Of a stretch of DNA of 64,000 bases, positions 19,801 to 29,630 are shown piece by piece. The notes beneath the pieces are model-generated. The model was not told the DNA's origin, ran no database searches, and saw nothing but the letters and a program-made list of their open reading frames with translations. The translations under genes and the position numbers were made by a program. Each line of letters begins with the position of its first letter. Position 1 is the first letter of the stretch. The DNA lies in assembly GCA_035934555.1 (NCBI GenBank), contig DASYXT010000096.1:1-64000 (forward strand). Reading direction: 5' to 3'. This DNA comes from Verrucomicrobiia bacterium (lineage in GTDB: Bacteria > Verrucomicrobiota > Verrucomicrobiia > Limisphaerales > UBA8199).

Positions 19801-21407
19801 CGGCGCAAATAGTGAGCCAGTTGGTTGGCCCGGTGGTTGAGTTCGCTATAGCTCAAACTGCGCCCGCCATAAACGACCGCCGGGGCAGACGGCGTCCTGG
19901 CCACTTGCGCCTCGAATACCTGATGAACGGTGCATTGGCGCGGATAATCTGATTGCGTTTGGTTCCATTCCACGAGCAGCCGGTCCTCTTGCGCCGGAGT
20001 AAGCAAGGGCAATTCCAAGACAGGCCGCTGCGGCCGCGCAATAATTCCCTCCAGCAGAACCTGAAAACTCTCCAGCAGTTGCTCAATGGTGGCTGCCTCG
20101 AACAGCTCCCTCCTATACTCGGCGCTCAGCAGCAAGCCTTGACCGGTCTCGCGCGCTACCAGCGTCAGGTCAAACTTTGCCGTATCGGTCCTGACGGGAA
20201 GGAACTCCACACTTAGGCCAGGCCAATCGAGTTTGTCCCGGGATTGGTTCTGCAGCACAAACATGACCCGCGTGAAAGGCAGATGATCGAGCGACCGCTC
20301 AGGCCGCAGGTGCTCGACCAATTTCTCGAACGGCAAATCCTGATGCGCATAGGCGCCCAGTGTCGTCTCGCGAATGCGCCCAAGCAGGTTGAGGAAGTTC
20401 GGGTTATCCGCCACGTTGCTGCGGAAAAGCAGCGTGTTGACGAAAAAGCCTATCAAAGGTTCGATTTCAGCGCGCGTGCGCCCGGCAATCGGCGAGGCTA
20501 CGGTCAGCTCGTCCTGGCCAGTGTATCGATGCAGCAACGTTGCCAGAGCTGCCTGCAGCGTCATGAACAACGTCGTCTCCTGTTTTTTTGCCAGTTCAAC
20601 TATTTGCCCCGTCAGTTCCGGGTTTAGGAGACGGGATCGTTCAGCTCCACGAAACGAGGGGGTCGCCGGGCGCGGCTTGTCCGTCAGCAACTCCGTCATT
20701 GGGGCGTTTCCGCCTAACTCCTCTTTCCAATAGGCCAAGAGCGATTGCAGGCGCGTGCCCGTGAGCCATTGCCGCTGCCAGGCTGAATAGTCGGCATATT
20801 GAATCGCGAGTTTCGGCAATCGGCTCTCATTGCCTGAGGCGGCCGCGGTGTAAAAAAACTCCAATTCCCGGAAAAGGATATTCAACGACCATTCGTCAGC
20901 CACGATGTGGTGGAGAGTAAGGATTAACCAGTGCTGGTCGGCATCCAATCGCAGCAACAAACCGCGTATCAACGGCGCGGTGCGCAGATCGAACGGCCGA
21001 TTGACTTCGGAACGCACGAGTCGCCGCGCCTCAGCTTCGCGATCAGCCTCAGGATGCCGGGTCAAATCGACCTGGACCAGCTTCAGCTCCGCGCGTGCCT
21101 CGACGAGCTGCATCGGCGTATCATTCAAAGAGACAAACCGCGTACGCAGTGTCTCGTGTCGCTGCTGACAAAGATAGAGCGCCTGCTGCAAAGCCTCGAC
21201 GGCGAGTGTTCCCCGAAGCCGCAATAAGGTCGGAACATTGTACAGCGCGCTATTGGATTCCAGTTGGTCCAGAAACCAAAGCCGTTCCTGGCCAAACGAT
21301 AATGGGCTGAGGGGCAACGGTCCTGCGCCGTTGCGCCATTTGTCCGCCAAAGCCGCGCGTTTGGCTGCAATCGTGTCAGCCATCGAAGGGTGGTTGCCTT
21401 TCATCAT
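7839..21407 (-). CDS. Giant NRPS (4522 aa). Domain order C-A-T-TE-A-T-C-A-T-C-FkbH(HAD-IIIC)-T-TE
   Basis: Read from the translation. C motifs HHIVADEWS and HHIISDGWS, plus a variant HELAVDGRS. Three A domains ([48 protein letters not shown]; [20 protein letters not shown]). Four carrier domains (GGHSFLA, GGHSLAA, GGHSLLA, GGHSLLA). Two alpha/beta-hydrolase TE domains with GGYCFGG nucleophile elbows. An FkbH-like HAD domain with [20 protein letters not shown]. Confidence 0.95.
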   Translation of the reverse strand: MMKGNHPSMADTIAAKRAALADKWRNGAGPLPLSPLSFGQERLWFLDQLESNSALYNVPTLLRLRGTLAVEALQQALYLCQQRHETLRTRFVSLNDTPMQLVEARAELKLVQVDLTRHPEADREAEARRLVRSEVNRPFDLRTAPLIRGLLLRLDADQHWLILTLHHIVADEWSLNILFRELEFFYTAAASGNESRLPKLAIQYADYSAWQRQWLTGTRLQSLLAYWKEELGGNAPMTELLTDKPRPATPSFRGAERSRLLNPELTGQIVELAKKQETTLFMTLQAALATLLHRYTGQDELTVASPIAGRTRAEIEPLIGFFVNTLLFRSNVADNPNFLNLLGRIRETTLGAYAHQDLPFEKLVEHLRPERSLDHLPFTRVMFVLQNQSRDKLDWPGLSVEFLPVRTDTAKFDLTLVARETGQGLLLSAEYRRELFEAATIEQLLESFQVLLEGIIARPQRPVLELPLLTPAQEDRLLVEWNQTQSDYPRQCTVHQVFEAQVARTPSAPAVVYGGRSLSYSELNHRANQLAHYLRRLKIGPDVPVGVALEPSEELIVGLLGILKAGGAYVPLDPGYPGERLQFMLRDTGAPVVLTRQGLLSRFTSEPTKVVCLDSDWEMAAKESRENPAGLAEPENLAYIMYTSGSTGQPKGVAVPHRAINRLVLNTDFIHLGARDRLAQISNVSFDAATFEIWGALLNGGQLVGISQEVLLSPRLLGRALREQKITAMFLTAALFNQLAAEAPGSLAGVGTVLAGGEALDPKWVRSVLREGPPERLLNGYGPTENTTFTCCYRVQELNEGAVSVPIGRPIANTQVYILDRHRNPVPSGVAGELYAGGDGLARGYWNRPELTAERFVSNPFIPGQKLYKTGDLARYRTDGTIEFLGRIDQQVKIRGFRVELGELETVLSSHPGVKDCVTRLWGESAANRRLLAYFVPAGPAAPNTSELRNFLSRKLPEFMLPAAFIRLEKLPLTPNGKVDRKALPAPEQARPELEKQYTAPRTEAETQMVQIWESVLGVRPIGVEDKFFELGGHSFLAVRLLAQVEKVFGKKLRLATVFQAPTVAQLCVALHQDQRQGSSGTSVVEIQAKGSLPPLFLVHGAGGGMFWGYVNLARRLGPEQPVYGFKSRGLEGEKEHNSIEEMAAAYLADLRRVQPQGPYYLGGYCFGGVVAYEMARQLAELNEEVGLLALFNCSPPNSTYTRIPWTGLWWLRLLRNLLYWVTYVCSWSRPQRREFFRWKWRLLKKRLRGSARGQMPTGVEPGDLVDLSAFDEEQRKMWEAHVRALVQFHPRPYPGRVHLFRSPGHPLWCSFDPDYGWRDLAKAGVTVTVVSGAHEKILEEPCVQALAVSLSEVLNRGRMPQPPKRLDSLASLQPPAPDAGAAATNSGNGSSEEHAGCLESANLVETARPAIPSAGLGPRSPVSGPSTYVECFVRQALQTPSGKALRFAGQEVSYAELNQRSNQLAHYLQTLGVGPEVLVAVCLERTPELMAALLGVWKAGGAYLPLDPTYPTERLNYMLADSRAPLLLTQQNLAGVWNNGGRRMVCLDDPLSKAAIDACAMGAPAATVTADTLAYVIYTSGSTGAPKGVEVTHRSLLNHNLAVARLYGLQPVDRVLQFTPLSFDISVEEIFPTWLRGATLVLRTDELISTPERFLEFVAQEQITVLNLPTAYWHELTDYLDRSGSELPHSVRLMIIGGEKASETAHAKWKHCVGGAVMLMNAYGATEATVTSTVFTAVGEEAGLPIGRPIANTQVVLLTDRLEPVPPGEQGELYLGGAGLARGYRHRPELTAQRFIPNPFKGQVDSPRLYKTGDLARLRPDGNFEFLGRVDEQVKLRGFRIEVGEIESVLAGHPGVKEAVVVAREDAPGQKRLVGYYVERPPHSPGFNELLSYLKKKLPAYMVPAGLVRMTSLPMTPAGKVDRRALPMPGNARPVLEQEFAPVQSPLEEKLAQMLSEVLGVQPIGRHDNFFDLGGHSLAATQILSRIRETLQCDVSLGDFLAHPTVAELAAFLRETGCPIHLEMTPALLDGARRLPLSLSQQRLWVAEQFYKGRAPQNRPVGVRLSGPLNLEALNQSLAVLAARHTALRAVFPAGSGEPFQYICEPAEVAVPMLDFSSVPQGQRERQAMARLEQESRRPYVGTHQVLRPVLARLGPDEHWLLLVLHELAVDGRSVRLLLRELATLYGQAAAEGIPEVVSSPDQYEEVVARGAAVSVKQEQQCQYWLEQLAGVPPVLELPADHPRPAQRNGEGARMPLTVPPELVARLEEVSRRDNCSLFVTLLSGFAVLLHRYTRCSDLVIGTVAAGAMADVPEDLVFNADNLLALRCRLEGNPTFREVLRRINQTTTEAMAHSEVPFFEVVRRVNPRCQPGYARVFQTALVLEPELVPESSSAPLQFQPLAVDNRTSKLDLLLHLVGAAGQVSGWIEYRNNLFEPARISRLIEHWLTLLAAAAANPEQSISTLPLMASAETTRVLVEWNQTQRPFSREQTIPGLFLAQATRTPKAEALVAGEARWTYQQLETRSRQIAAYLQRFGAGPERLVGVCLERGPDLVAALLGTMLAGAAYVPLDPGYPTERLRGIVEDARAAMLITQRKFSHLVPEGQSAVVWLEELPEVGGVSSEETVNPITCTASPENLAYVIYTSGSTGRPKGVAIEQRNAVALLHWAKETYSAEELAGVLAATSIGFDLSVFEMFAPLSWGGKIIIAENALTPSTLPAADEITLINTVPSAIRECLRLKSVPAKVRVINLAGEPLPTPLVDQIYRETAVKKVYDLYGPTETTTYSTFTLRQPGAPATIGRPLANEQVYVLDANRQPVPIGIPGELCIGGAGVARGYLHQPELTEQKFIAHPWQPGARLYCTGDLARWRADGYLEYLGRLDHQVKLRGFRIEPGEIEAVLKRHPLVREALVMVREDRPGDKRLVGYVGCPEAKPPLEELSRVAAARLPEFMVPSAYVVLEKFPLTPNGKVDRKALPPPELDTRTDGALIAGPRTDLEEQLLGIWREVLGRTKIGVQDNFFEYGGHSLLAARVISRIREQFEVELPLEALFATPTVEGLAAGLAEHRWSEQLPGHPLRRRQRPARNPLSFVQERLWFLDQLQPGSHAYHVVQAIRLTGHLDEAALHRALQSVVSRHEQLRATFHFENGALSQMVAPRLPILIQKPAADFQALAPADQESQNRQWLQALAQQPFELSRGPLLRAGLARLSETEHVFALVLHHIISDGWSVALLLQELQSFYSAFAAGQPAPALPPLPIEYVDFVYWQREHLHGSVLQRELDYWTRTLTGAPPMVRLPADFAPAAGWSGKAARYTQLIPEAVAQGMAQLGHREGCTAFMLHMTSLAITLEKWTGQQDLVIGTVVAGRTRREVEQVQGCFMNFLPIRAQLNEDVNGLEVLRRVRASVLEAQAHQECPFEKIVEAVNPQRGFNQNPLYNVALLLQSFPRDPFHTDQLRSRAEPVTLDAALLDLRFEIEDTPEGAVLACEYRTDLFTPATIQQVVAGYLGILEQLIHQPQAPLREWVLPDNLVQTSKAPAASQEKPTLAIAATFTGEPLADPLSFWLRELGLPAAVTFAPYNQLFQQLLAPDSLLSGNSRGLNVLLLRLQDWLGTDTAVAGSGAYGALEGLDRTVNEFAGALKAAAACSASRYLVCFCPASPALLRDAPSAQALAAAETRLAEELANIAGVYLLRSEELARWYPVAEYADSRSEELGHVPYTPQFFTALATAVVRKYDALNRPRFKVIALDCDQTLWSGVCGEDGPAGVRLEPGRQGLQKFLLSQREAGKLLCLCSKNNQEDALEVFARRLDMPLRREHLTAMRLNWSPKSENLKDLARELNLGLDSFIFLDDNPVECAEVRANCPEVLVLQTPAEPEELENFLQHCWAFDQLELTTEDRRRAELYQEEKKREQLRAATPSLADFVAGLDLQVTIQPMPGEQVGRVSQLTQRTNQFNAHPRRLSPPETQQLLGKGQVLTVEVRDRFGDYGVVGAIQCERRNNTLQVELFLLSCRVLGRGVEHQMLARLGQIARQQQLEWVSVHFVRTAKNKPVEEFLENVGAAFKQPLNGGFVFRFPSAFAAQVHFVPPKSRSAPVAAAATPILPAANPVSARKLAMYQTIADQASDIAAVHHRFEAEKPSRARQGETYSPPGTEMERRLCVLWQELLRIERVGIDDDFFKLGGHSLLAVRLFAEIEKSTGRKLPLVTVFQAPTVKALAEVLCREQATQSDSLLVPIQPHGAKPPLFLVHGAGGDVLWGYANLAVHLPPDQPVYGIKSRGQLGLKEPDNLEEMARLYLEAVRAHQPQGPYYLGGYCFGGNVAYEMARQLQFDGQRVALVALLDSAPSNAGYETVTWWRPDYAWRFARNAAHWLRDFAALSWGERHAFVRRKARALGRKFKSRCFGSAGSEMVDLEEVIDTRHFPETELKLWQAHLQALVRHVDQAYIGRVTLLRTQGQPLFCSLQEDFCWGSLALGGVTINYIPGSHENIFIEPNVQDLGRALAAALAEAQLGSEPTSVPSHTYAAA

Positions 21408-24400
21408 GTAGAAACTGTGCGAACGGGTCGGACCGCCAGAAGGTCGTCAAGTTCCTCGGGCGTTAATTGTTCCAGCAGCGTGTTCAGCTCCGAGCTATCT
21501 GCCGGCTGACGCGGCCGGATGACAGCCCCCGCGGCCGGCTCTTGCTGCTCAAGGCGCCCCAACTGCTCAGCTAATCCGGCCACCGTCGGCGCATCAAAGA
21601 GCAACCGCACCGACAGCTCCAATTCCAATGCAGCGCCCAGACGCGCGATCGCCTGGGTCGCCATCAATGAGTGTCCGCCCAGGTGGAAAAAATTTTCCTG
21701 AATGCCGATTTCCTTGCGGCCCAGTAGTGCGCACCAGGTTTCTGCCACCAGCTTTTCCAAACGGTTTCGCGGCCCGCCCCCGGCGTCTTGGTGGTCCGGC
21801 TCTTCGGTGGCCAGCCTGGCCAGGGCGCGCCGGTCCACCTTGCCGTTGGTCGTCAGCGGTAACTCCTTCAGCAGAATGAACCGCCCCGGCACCATGTAAT
21901 CCGGCAGCTTTTCGCACAAATACGCGCGCCAATGGTCCGCTCGGCGTGCTTCGCCGGCCGTCACGATATAGGCCAGGAGCGTCTTGCCACCGCCGGCCTC
22001 GGGCTGCGCCAGGACAACACTTTGCTTCACATCCACATGGCGGTTCAGCCATGCCTCGATCTCCCCTAGTTCCACACGGTGGCCGCGAACCTTCACCTGA
22101 TCGTCCAGGCGGCCCAGGTATTCCAATTCCCCCTTTGAAGTGTAGCGGCCGAGGTCGCCGCTCCGATACAATCGGCCACCGGTCGTCGGCGCGAAAGGAT
22201 CAGGAACAAAGCGCTTTTCCGTCAATTCCGGGCGGTTGAGGTACCCGCGCGCTACTCCGGCTCCGCCGACGCATATTTCGCCTGCCACACCCGGCGGAAC
22301 GTGCCGCAAGCTCTCATCCAGCAGGTACAATCGAAGGTCAGGAATGGGCACGCCAATGACGCTGCCCAAACCGCGCTCCAGATCGCTTTGGCGAAGCGGG
22401 CGGTACGTCACATGCACGGTCGTCTCTGTGATGCCGTACATATTAACGAGCCGCGGGCGCTCATCCCCGTGCCGCTCGAACCATGGCCGCAAACTTTGCA
22501 GTTCGAGCGCCTCGCCGCCAAAGATCACATACCGCAGGTTCAGGGACCGGGCCGCTCGCGCATTGGTCTCAGCCCATATAAGTTGCCGGAACGCTGAGGG
22601 TGTTTGGTTCAGCACGGTCACGTTTTGGCCAGCCAGCAATTGCAGAAACTCGTTGGGCGAACGGCTGACCAAATAAGGCACTACCACCAGCCGCCCGCCG
22701 TAAAGCAGCGCTCCCCACAGTTCCCAGACGGAGAAATCGAAAGTGTAGGAATGGAACAGAGTCCAGACATCGTGCGAGCCGAATTCGAACCAGGGCTGGG
22801 TTTGCTGAAACAGGCGCGCGACATTTCGGTGCGTCACCAGCACACCCTTGGGCTGGCCCGTCGAGCCCGAGGTGTAAATGACGTAAGCGGTTTGGCCCGG
22901 GTTTACTTTCGTCCCCAGGTTGTCTGCGGACTCCTCTCCAATTTTATCTTGCTCCAAATCTACACAGAGGACGCCAGCGCTCTCGGCCGGTAAAACCGTC
23001 CGGAGGTGTTGCTGAGTGATCAGCACCGGTGCGTGGGTGTCCTGCAGCACGAAGCGAATCCGCTCGACCGGGGCGGCTGGCTCGAGCGGCACGTAATAGC
23101 CTCCCGCTTTTAAGACCGCCAGAATGGCGATAACCATCTCAAGGGATCGCTCCAGGCACAGCGCCACAGGTGTTTCAGGTCCGACCCCGCGCTGTTGCAG
23201 GTAATGCGCCAACTGATTTGCGCGGCGATTCAGCTCCTCGTAGGTCAAACGGGTGTCCCCGCATACCAGCGCCACCGCGGTTGGCGTGCGAGCGGCCTGT
23301 TGTTCAAACCAGTCGGTCAGGGCCACGTCGGATGCGACGCACGGCGTCTTGGGGTTTAACTCAGTTATGAACCTCTGTCGCTCGAGGTCGCTCAACAGCT
23401 CGAACTCCGAGAGCTTGCGCTGCGGCTCGGCCACAATCCCGCGCAGAAGCGCTTCGAATTGGCCAACCCACTGGCGCACGGTGCCAGCCTCGAACAAATC
23501 GGTCGAATATTCTGAGCGAACCGCCAGGCCCTGCCGTGTCTCAGTCACCAGCAAGCTCCAATCGAACTTCGAACCGCCGTTATCCACTTCGACCCGGCTG
23601 ACGCTCACTCCCGGCAATTCCCAATCTTCCAATTGGGCCGGTTGCAACGCCAGTACTGTCTGGAACAGCGGGTGGCGGTCGGCCTGGCGCTCGGGGCGCA
23701 GGCGCTCCAGAATCTTGTCCACGGTCACCTCTTGATGCGCATACGCCCCCAGGACGTTTTCCCGGACACGGCTCAACAGCTCGGTGAATGCGGGGTCTCC
23801 GCTCAAATCTGTTCGCAAGGCGTGTGTGTTAGCGAAAAAGCCAAGCAGCCCCTCGGTTTCGAGCCGGCCACGGCCGGCCATTGGTGTCCCAACAATGACG
23901 TCTTCCTGGCGTGTGTAGCGATGCAGTAAAGTCTGATACGCGGCCAAGAGCGTTATGAACAACGTCGCCCCGTGCCGCTGGCTTACTCCTTTGAGTCCCT
24001 CCGTCAATTCCCGATCAAAATGGAAAAACTCACTCGCCCCAGCCAGTGTGTTCGCGGCCGGCCGCGTCCGGTCGGTGGGCAATGCCAGAACCGGCAGTGG
24101 CTGGGCCAGTTTGGTTTCCCAATAGGAAAGCTGCTTCTGGATCCATTCACTGCCCAGCACATCACGCTGCCACACGGCAAAATCGGCGTATTGGATGGGC
24201 AACTCGGGCAAAGCCACCGGCCGCGTTGTCAGCTTCGCCGTATAAACCTCCGCCAATTCGCGCCGAAAAACTTCGAATGACCACTCATCCGAAATGATGT
24301 GGTGCATCGCTAACAGCAGCACATGATCATCTTCAGCCAGGCGAAAGAGGGTGGCTCGGGCCAATGGACCGCGGCGCAAGTCAAATGGGCGGCGCGCCTC

Positions 24401-24778
24401 GAGGGCAAAACGCCCTTCCCATTCACCCGCCTGCCGGCTCTCTCTTAGATCGGCTATTTCCAGCGCAAACCTGCCGGACGGTCTGATGACTTGCACCGGG
24501 CGGCCATCAGTTATCCCCATAACCGTTCGCAACACCTCGTGGCGGCGCACCAACGTGTCCAGCGCGGCCTGCAAGCTGGCGGGGTCGAGTTGTCCACGCA
24601 GGCGCCAGCCTTCGGCGAGGTTATAGGCCGAACTACCGGGGACCATCTGCTCGACGAGCCAGAGTGTCTCTTGCAGAAACGAGAGTGGGAACAGGTCCAC
24701 CGTGGCCGTGGGCCCGGTGTCCAGGCGCGAACTGCCGGCGAGCTCAGGTTGGCCTGCTCGCATTTGGAGGGGATTCAT
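21404..24778 (-). CDS. NRPS initiation module C-A-T (1124 aa) with a short C-terminal docking-like tail
   Basis: C domain (HHIISDEWS), A domain ([52 protein letters not shown]) and carrier domain (LGGHSLMATQ). Its stop overlaps the NRPS2 start as ATGA (21404-21407). Confidence 0.95.
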   Translation of the reverse strand: MNPLQMRAGQPELAGSSRLDTGPTATVDLFPLSFLQETLWLVEQMVPGSSAYNLAEGWRLRGQLDPASLQAALDTLVRRHEVLRTVMGITDGRPVQVIRPSGRFALEIADLRESRQAGEWEGRFALEARRPFDLRRGPLARATLFRLAEDDHVLLLAMHHIISDEWSFEVFRRELAEVYTAKLTTRPVALPELPIQYADFAVWQRDVLGSEWIQKQLSYWETKLAQPLPVLALPTDRTRPAANTLAGASEFFHFDRELTEGLKGVSQRHGATLFITLLAAYQTLLHRYTRQEDVIVGTPMAGRGRLETEGLLGFFANTHALRTDLSGDPAFTELLSRVRENVLGAYAHQEVTVDKILERLRPERQADRHPLFQTVLALQPAQLEDWELPGVSVSRVEVDNGGSKFDWSLLVTETRQGLAVRSEYSTDLFEAGTVRQWVGQFEALLRGIVAEPQRKLSEFELLSDLERQRFITELNPKTPCVASDVALTDWFEQQAARTPTAVALVCGDTRLTYEELNRRANQLAHYLQQRGVGPETPVALCLERSLEMVIAILAVLKAGGYYVPLEPAAPVERIRFVLQDTHAPVLITQQHLRTVLPAESAGVLCVDLEQDKIGEESADNLGTKVNPGQTAYVIYTSGSTGQPKGVLVTHRNVARLFQQTQPWFEFGSHDVWTLFHSYTFDFSVWELWGALLYGGRLVVVPYLVSRSPNEFLQLLAGQNVTVLNQTPSAFRQLIWAETNARAARSLNLRYVIFGGEALELQSLRPWFERHGDERPRLVNMYGITETTVHVTYRPLRQSDLERGLGSVIGVPIPDLRLYLLDESLRHVPPGVAGEICVGGAGVARGYLNRPELTEKRFVPDPFAPTTGGRLYRSGDLGRYTSKGELEYLGRLDDQVKVRGHRVELGEIEAWLNRHVDVKQSVVLAQPEAGGGKTLLAYIVTAGEARRADHWRAYLCEKLPDYMVPGRFILLKELPLTTNGKVDRRALARLATEEPDHQDAGGGPRNRLEKLVAETWCALLGRKEIGIQENFFHLGGHSLMATQAIARLGAALELELSVRLLFDAPTVAGLAEQLGRLEQQEPAAGAVIRPRQPADSSELNTLLEQLTPEELDDLLAVRPVRTVST

Positions 24779-25255
24779 CGTGATGGGTCCTTTGGACTCA
24801 AAGCGGATGCAGCCGGGCGTGGAAAGGCAGCAGTGTTGGCAACCGACTTCACCTCATCCAAGGCGAAGCATATCTGCCATTTGCATGCCCGGCGCAAAGT
24901 GGGTGCGCATACCGCCTCTGGGTGGGTCCTGAATAGACCCCGAGGTGTGCCGGTTTCGACTACTGGGTCGGTTGCCATACGACTCCACCCATCGTAGGCG
25001 CACCCCGCAGGTGCAGTAAGTAGGTGAAGCCCTACACGCTCAATTCACCAATACCTACTGCACGCAATTCCCCACCACTGCCTCCTTAAGCCGAGTTGCC
25101 GTGCCCTCGAATGGCCCTCTCGCATGCCTCGCAAATTCCCTGGAGCCATCCCGGGTTTTTACCCTATTCCGTCGGAGGCGCCGGGGACCTAGATTGGCAA
25201 GCCGTGGGCCAGGCGCCAACTCCAGCGCCCCCCAAAACTGAAACACCTAGATATT

Positions 25256-26794
25256 TTGGCTCTCAGGCTTATCGAAAAGCGGCTGCGCATTTTAATGGTC
25301 GAAGATGAGGCGCATGATGCGACCCTGGTGGAGCACACGCTTAAGGAGGGCGGCTTCGATTTTGTCTTCAAACGCGTCGATACCGAGGTGGATTTCCTCC
25401 GCGAAATAGACCAGTTCCACCCCTCGGTAATCCTCTCGGACCACGGCTTGCCTGCTTTCGACGGCTTTAGCGCGCTGTTCCTGGCGCAGAAGAAAGCCCC
25501 CGATGTGCCTTTTATCTTCGTCACCGGTTCACTCGGCGAAGAAATGACCATCAAAGCACTCAAAAGCGGCGCCAGCGATTTTGTCCTCAAACACCGGCTG
25601 GGCTCCCTGCCGCCGGCCGTCCATCGCGCGCTGCGTCAGGCCGAATTCCGCCTTCAGCGCAAGCAGGCCGAGGAAGCCTTGCTCTCCAGCGAGGAACGGT
25701 ACCGCAGCCTGGTCGAACTTTCTCCCGACGCGTTGTTCGTCCAGATCGACTTTCGCCTGGTGTTCATCAACTCAGCGGGCGTCAAGTTGTTCGGCGCGGA
25801 TAAACCCGAACAGCTCCTGGGCCGCTCCTTGCGGGAACTGGTCCACGCCGATGAATGGAAAGCCGTCCAACAACGCCTGCGCCGGATGGTCGAAGAGGGC
25901 AAACCAACCACCTTCAAGGAACATCGCATGCTGCGCCTGGATGGCGTACCGGTGGATGTGGAACTGGCCGCCGCTCCATTGATCTTCTCAGGCAAGACTG
26001 CGGCCCAGGTGATCGCGCACGATATTACCGAACGCAAGCGGTCTGAAGAGGAAATCCGCCGGCTCAATGTCGGCCTGGAACGCCGCGTCGCCGAACGAAC
26101 CGCCGAGTTGGAAGCCGCCAACCGCGAATTAGAGGCTTTCAGTTACTCCGTTTCGCACGACCTGCGCGCCCCGCTGCGCCATATCGAGGGGTTTGTCGAG
26201 ATCCTCAACGCGACGCAAGCCAACTCCCTCACGGCGGATGCCCGGCGGCACCTGGAAACCATCGCTTGCTCGGCGCGTCAAATGGGCCGGTTGATTGATG
26301 ATCTGCTGGCTTTCTCGCGCACCGCCCGCGCCGAACTCAAACGGCGCCGCGTCCCGCTTGGCGACCTTGTCCGGGCCGTGATCCAGGACCTGCGCCAGGA
26401 TGCACAGGGCCGGCAAATAGACTGGTCCGTCGGCGAGCTTCCCAATGTGGAAGCCGACCCTGCCCTGCTGCGCCAGGTGTTGCTGAATCTGCTCAGTAAC
26501 GCGCTCAAGTACACCCGGACCCGGCCGGTGGCTCGCATCGAAATTGGCTGCCGCCAGTCCGGTCCCGAACAAATTATTTTCGTGCGCGACAACGGCGTCG
26601 GCTTTGACACGCGCTATGCGCACAAGCTGTTTGGCGTCTTCCAACGGCTGCATCGCGCCGCCGATTTCGAGGGCACCGGCGTGGGCCTGGCCAACGTTCG
26701 CCGGATTATTGCTCGCCATGGCGGACGCACCTGGGCCGAAGGCGAGCTCAACCAGGGCGCCACGTTCTATTTCTCACTCCCGCTGCAGGATTGA
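25256..26794 (+). CDS. Hybrid response-regulator/histidine-kinase (REC-PAS-HisKA-HATPase)
   Basis: REC (RILMVEDEAHD…SDHGLPAFDG…FIFVTG…KSGASDFVLK), PAS, H-box FSYSVSHDLRAPLRHI, and N/G boxes LLNLLSNALKYT and GTGVGLANV. Probable TTG start at 25256; ATG at 25295 is an alternative. Confidence 0.85.
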   Translation: MALRLIEKRLRILMVEDEAHDATLVEHTLKEGGFDFVFKRVDTEVDFLREIDQFHPSVILSDHGLPAFDGFSALFLAQKKAPDVPFIFVTGSLGEEMTIKALKSGASDFVLKHRLGSLPPAVHRALRQAEFRLQRKQAEEALLSSEERYRSLVELSPDALFVQIDFRLVFINSAGVKLFGADKPEQLLGRSLRELVHADEWKAVQQRLRRMVEEGKPTTFKEHRMLRLDGVPVDVELAAAPLIFSGKTAAQVIAHDITERKRSEEEIRRLNVGLERRVAERTAELEAANRELEAFSYSVSHDLRAPLRHIEGFVEILNATQANSLTADARRHLETIACSARQMGRLIDDLLAFSRTARAELKRRRVPLGDLVRAVIQDLRQDAQGRQIDWSVGELPNVEADPALLRQVLLNLLSNALKYTRTRPVARIEIGCRQSGPEQIIFVRDNGVGFDTRYAHKLFGVFQRLHRAADFEGTGVGLANVRRIIARHGGRTWAEGELNQGATFYFSLPLQD

Positions 26795-26862
26795 TGGCAC
26801 AGGAAGCCTGAAGGAAACTGCTTCAGGCACTGGGCAAGCGCGGAGGATTTTACCCTTTTCCA

Positions 26863-26891
26863 TTGCCAGGACACGAACCGTGTGGTTGAAT
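26863..26891 (+). promoter_or_regulatory. Candidate sigma70-like promoter TTGCCA-N17-TTGAAT with an embedded palindrome ACACGaacCGTGT, upstream of the beta-helix operon
   Basis: Hexamers at 26863-26868 and 26886-26891. GGAG Shine-Dalgarno 8 nt before the ATG at 26916. The palindrome lies in the spacer, operator-like. Confidence 0.3.
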
Positions 26892-26915
26892 CTTTACAGA
26901 ACCCGGAGACCCATT

Positions 26916-29630
26916 ATGTCGCTGATGGATGCGTTCCTGCTAGACCCGCTTCCGGTGGACGTCTGGCTTGCGCTCCGGACCGACGGCGCGGTGGGCTCGG
27001 GCACACAGGATGACCCATTTGACGGCAGCACAGTGAGCATCCCGGGGCCCACCGTCTCTTCAATCACAGCACCAAGCGCCCCAGGCCAACCACCTGGGCT
27101 GACAGCAATCGTTACCACCTCGTCAAGCCACGGCTTCCAAAACGGTGCGCTGGTTCTGATCGACGGAGCCGACGAGGGACCGTCCTATTCACCCGCTTAC
27201 TCCAAATACTACAATGGCACCTTTGTTATCACGGTCCTGACGTCCACCACGTTTTCGTACCAGATGATTGGAGCACCGAGCACCTCTCCGGCCAGCGGCA
27301 CGATCACCTGCCGCCTGGATCCTTACCGGTTCGATGCGGTCATGTACTCGTTCCAGAGCAGTGTGTTGCCGGTTACCGTCCATTTGGGGCCGGGGACGTT
27401 TCAGACCAAGGGCTACACGCCGACGGTTGGGGACATGCCGAACCTGGGTGCCTCCTGGACCCCGCCCACCGCCGGCATGAAGATTCTCGGTTCGGGAATC
27501 AATGTCACAACCTTGCAGCTTGTCCGGGCGGTGGTTGGCGATTCAGGCAACGACTATTTTGCCATCGGCGGCCCGTACAACCTCTCGGTCAGCGCCTTCG
27601 AAGCCGCCGATTTCACCGTGGACTGCAATATGGCCGGTCAGCCCTCGCAAACAACCACTTGCGCGGCCATTGCCATCGGCGGCAACCATGTTCGTTTGCG
27701 CCGCATCCGGGCCATTAACTTCGGCACGCAGTGCGTCCTCACCTCCACAGAGTGCTTCGCTTTGGCCAGTGGCGGTCTTTTCCCGGTGGAAAGCGAACCA
27801 CGGCAAGGAATCGATTGCATCATCGAGGATTGCATCGTCGAGCAACCCTCATTCAATAATACAGTCGAGACCACCTGCATTGGCCTCGGCGGCAGTGAAA
27901 ACGATGGCGATGGCCGGATGAACTTTATTCTGGCGCCGGCCATACGCCGGTGCCACGTCAACTGCGAATATCGGGACAGGCCGGTGCCCATCGCCAGCCT
28001 CACGATTTCCGCTGGGGTGGCGACGGTCACCACAAGCCTCCCTCACGGCCGGGCGGCGAACGATTGGGTGCGTATCAGCGGCGCTGAGGTCAACGGCAAC
28101 ACCAACAACTCTTTCAACGGAGCCTACAAGATTTCCAACGTCTCGACGTATACATTTCAGTACACTCCGAACCCATCGCAAACTACTGCCCCAACTGGCG
28201 GGGATATGTGGGTCGGACGTTGGCCAAGCTTGCCCAATGGAATCGTGGGCATTTCAGGAAGTGGCACCGTTACCGTTCAAACGGCGGCCCCTCACTTCCT
28301 TGCCCCGGGGAGCACCGTACAGATCGGCGGAACGACCCCTGGGGACTACGGCGGCGCTTATCAAGTCAACGTCATCCCCACCAGCCCCACTGGCCAGGCT
28401 TACGAATTTACCTACACCCCAAGCGGCAATCCGGGGTGGATCTCCGGCGGCTTCATTGGCGTTTCGTTTTTCGTCCTGACGGGCGGGGGCAGCACTGCCT
28501 CGGTGGTTGAAGGCAATATTGTACTCAATGCCAAGTACGGCGGCCCGCATCACGACACCTTTACCACCCGCGACCAAACCGTGCGCAACAATTACTTCCG
28601 GGCCGTGATGACTGGTTCGGATGAGGACCTGGAAACCCTAAGTTACAGCAGGACGACCGGGGTGGTTCCACTCGCCTCGGTGTATAACGGTGGCAGCGGC
28701 TCCATCGCGACTGCGACCACAAAGACGGGATATGGGAATCATGGGTTTGTCGCGGGCAACTCGGTCGTGATTTCCGGGGCCAGCGGCTCGGATGGGGAAC
28801 AGTACTACAACAGTCCTCTAGACGCCAACGGCGTGCCTAAAGCCTGGACCGTCTTGGCTAGTCCGGCCCCCACAGCCACAACGTTTGCGTACGACCTAAG
28901 CCAGTGGGAGACGAGCTTTCCCACTGCGGAGGCCACAAACGCTTCATACGTGCCGCCGGACAACCAGCGATTGCTGTACTCGTTGACCTATGACCCCACG
29001 ACGCTAATTGCGACAGCCACGGTAGACCCAAACCTTTTCTCAAATGGCCACGGTCTTTCTATTGGAGACGCGGTTCTCATCAGCAAGGCCCCCATGGCGG
29101 TCAACGCTTACAACGGGAGATTTATTATCACGTGGGTCTCGGCTAGCCAGTTCCAATATCAGCTCACGAGCAATCCGGGAGCGAACTCCACGGCTGGCTA
29201 TTACGGTAGGGTTTGGCAGACGCACAATATGGCGCTCGAAGCGAATATCCTCGAACTCATCCCGACGCCTTCGGCCCAGGCGCAACCAATTGCTCTGAAC
29301 TTCGGCTCGCCCCCGGCTGGTTCCCCCCCAATCTTCGTGATTTTGCTCGCTCGGAGGAACGTGGTCAGGCACGTTGACGGGCTGACCGATTCCGGGGGTT
29401 ACGCGGCGCTCGCCATTTCGGTGGTTGGCTGCGGCGGTCTTACGGTCGAAGACAACGTCGTGGACCTCCAAGCGACAAATCCCATCGCATATAACCAAAC
29501 GCAGAATGCAGAATTCTTTGCTAATGCGGCTCCAGGTGGCAGCCTTGTGCAGGGATACAACGCGGGGTCGTCGGAGTTGGTCGACGAGATTTCAACCACC
29601 ATTCAAGATGGTCTCCTTCTAGGATTATGA
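26916..29630 (+). CDS. Right-handed beta-helix (pectate-lyase/DUF1565-like) repeat protein, 904 aa, with about five inserted ~60-aa repeat modules
   Basis: N-terminus MSLMDAFLLDP…RTDGAVGSGTQDDPFDGST. Its paralog at 30603-32162 starts MSLLDALLLDP…RTDGRAGSGTLNDPYDGST. Shared blocks: HLGPGTFQTKGY, MKILGSGINVTTLQL, IRRIRAINFGT. Repeated inserts of the form …HG.…G..V.ISGA……NG.…V.SV.…F.Y… No signal peptide. Confidence 0.6.
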   Translation: MSLMDAFLLDPLPVDVWLALRTDGAVGSGTQDDPFDGSTVSIPGPTVSSITAPSAPGQPPGLTAIVTTSSSHGFQNGALVLIDGADEGPSYSPAYSKYYNGTFVITVLTSTTFSYQMIGAPSTSPASGTITCRLDPYRFDAVMYSFQSSVLPVTVHLGPGTFQTKGYTPTVGDMPNLGASWTPPTAGMKILGSGINVTTLQLVRAVVGDSGNDYFAIGGPYNLSVSAFEAADFTVDCNMAGQPSQTTTCAAIAIGGNHVRLRRIRAINFGTQCVLTSTECFALASGGLFPVESEPRQGIDCIIEDCIVEQPSFNNTVETTCIGLGGSENDGDGRMNFILAPAIRRCHVNCEYRDRPVPIASLTISAGVATVTTSLPHGRAANDWVRISGAEVNGNTNNSFNGAYKISNVSTYTFQYTPNPSQTTAPTGGDMWVGRWPSLPNGIVGISGSGTVTVQTAAPHFLAPGSTVQIGGTTPGDYGGAYQVNVIPTSPTGQAYEFTYTPSGNPGWISGGFIGVSFFVLTGGGSTASVVEGNIVLNAKYGGPHHDTFTTRDQTVRNNYFRAVMTGSDEDLETLSYSRTTGVVPLASVYNGGSGSIATATTKTGYGNHGFVAGNSVVISGASGSDGEQYYNSPLDANGVPKAWTVLASPAPTATTFAYDLSQWETSFPTAEATNASYVPPDNQRLLYSLTYDPTTLIATATVDPNLFSNGHGLSIGDAVLISKAPMAVNAYNGRFIITWVSASQFQYQLTSNPGANSTAGYYGRVWQTHNMALEANILELIPTPSAQAQPIALNFGSPPAGSPPIFVILLARRNVVRHVDGLTDSGGYAALAISVVGCGGLTVEDNVVDLQATNPIAYNQTQNAEFFANAAPGGSLVQGYNAGSSELVDEISTTIQDGLLLGL

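Noticed and set aside
26129-26719. Minus-strand ORF antisense to the REC-PAS histidine kinase, and plus-strand 26544 extension of the beta-helix ORF
   Set aside because: Both overlap the kinase HATPase domain. The true beta-helix start is at the MSLMD Met at 26916, which has a good Shine-Dalgarno and paralog support.
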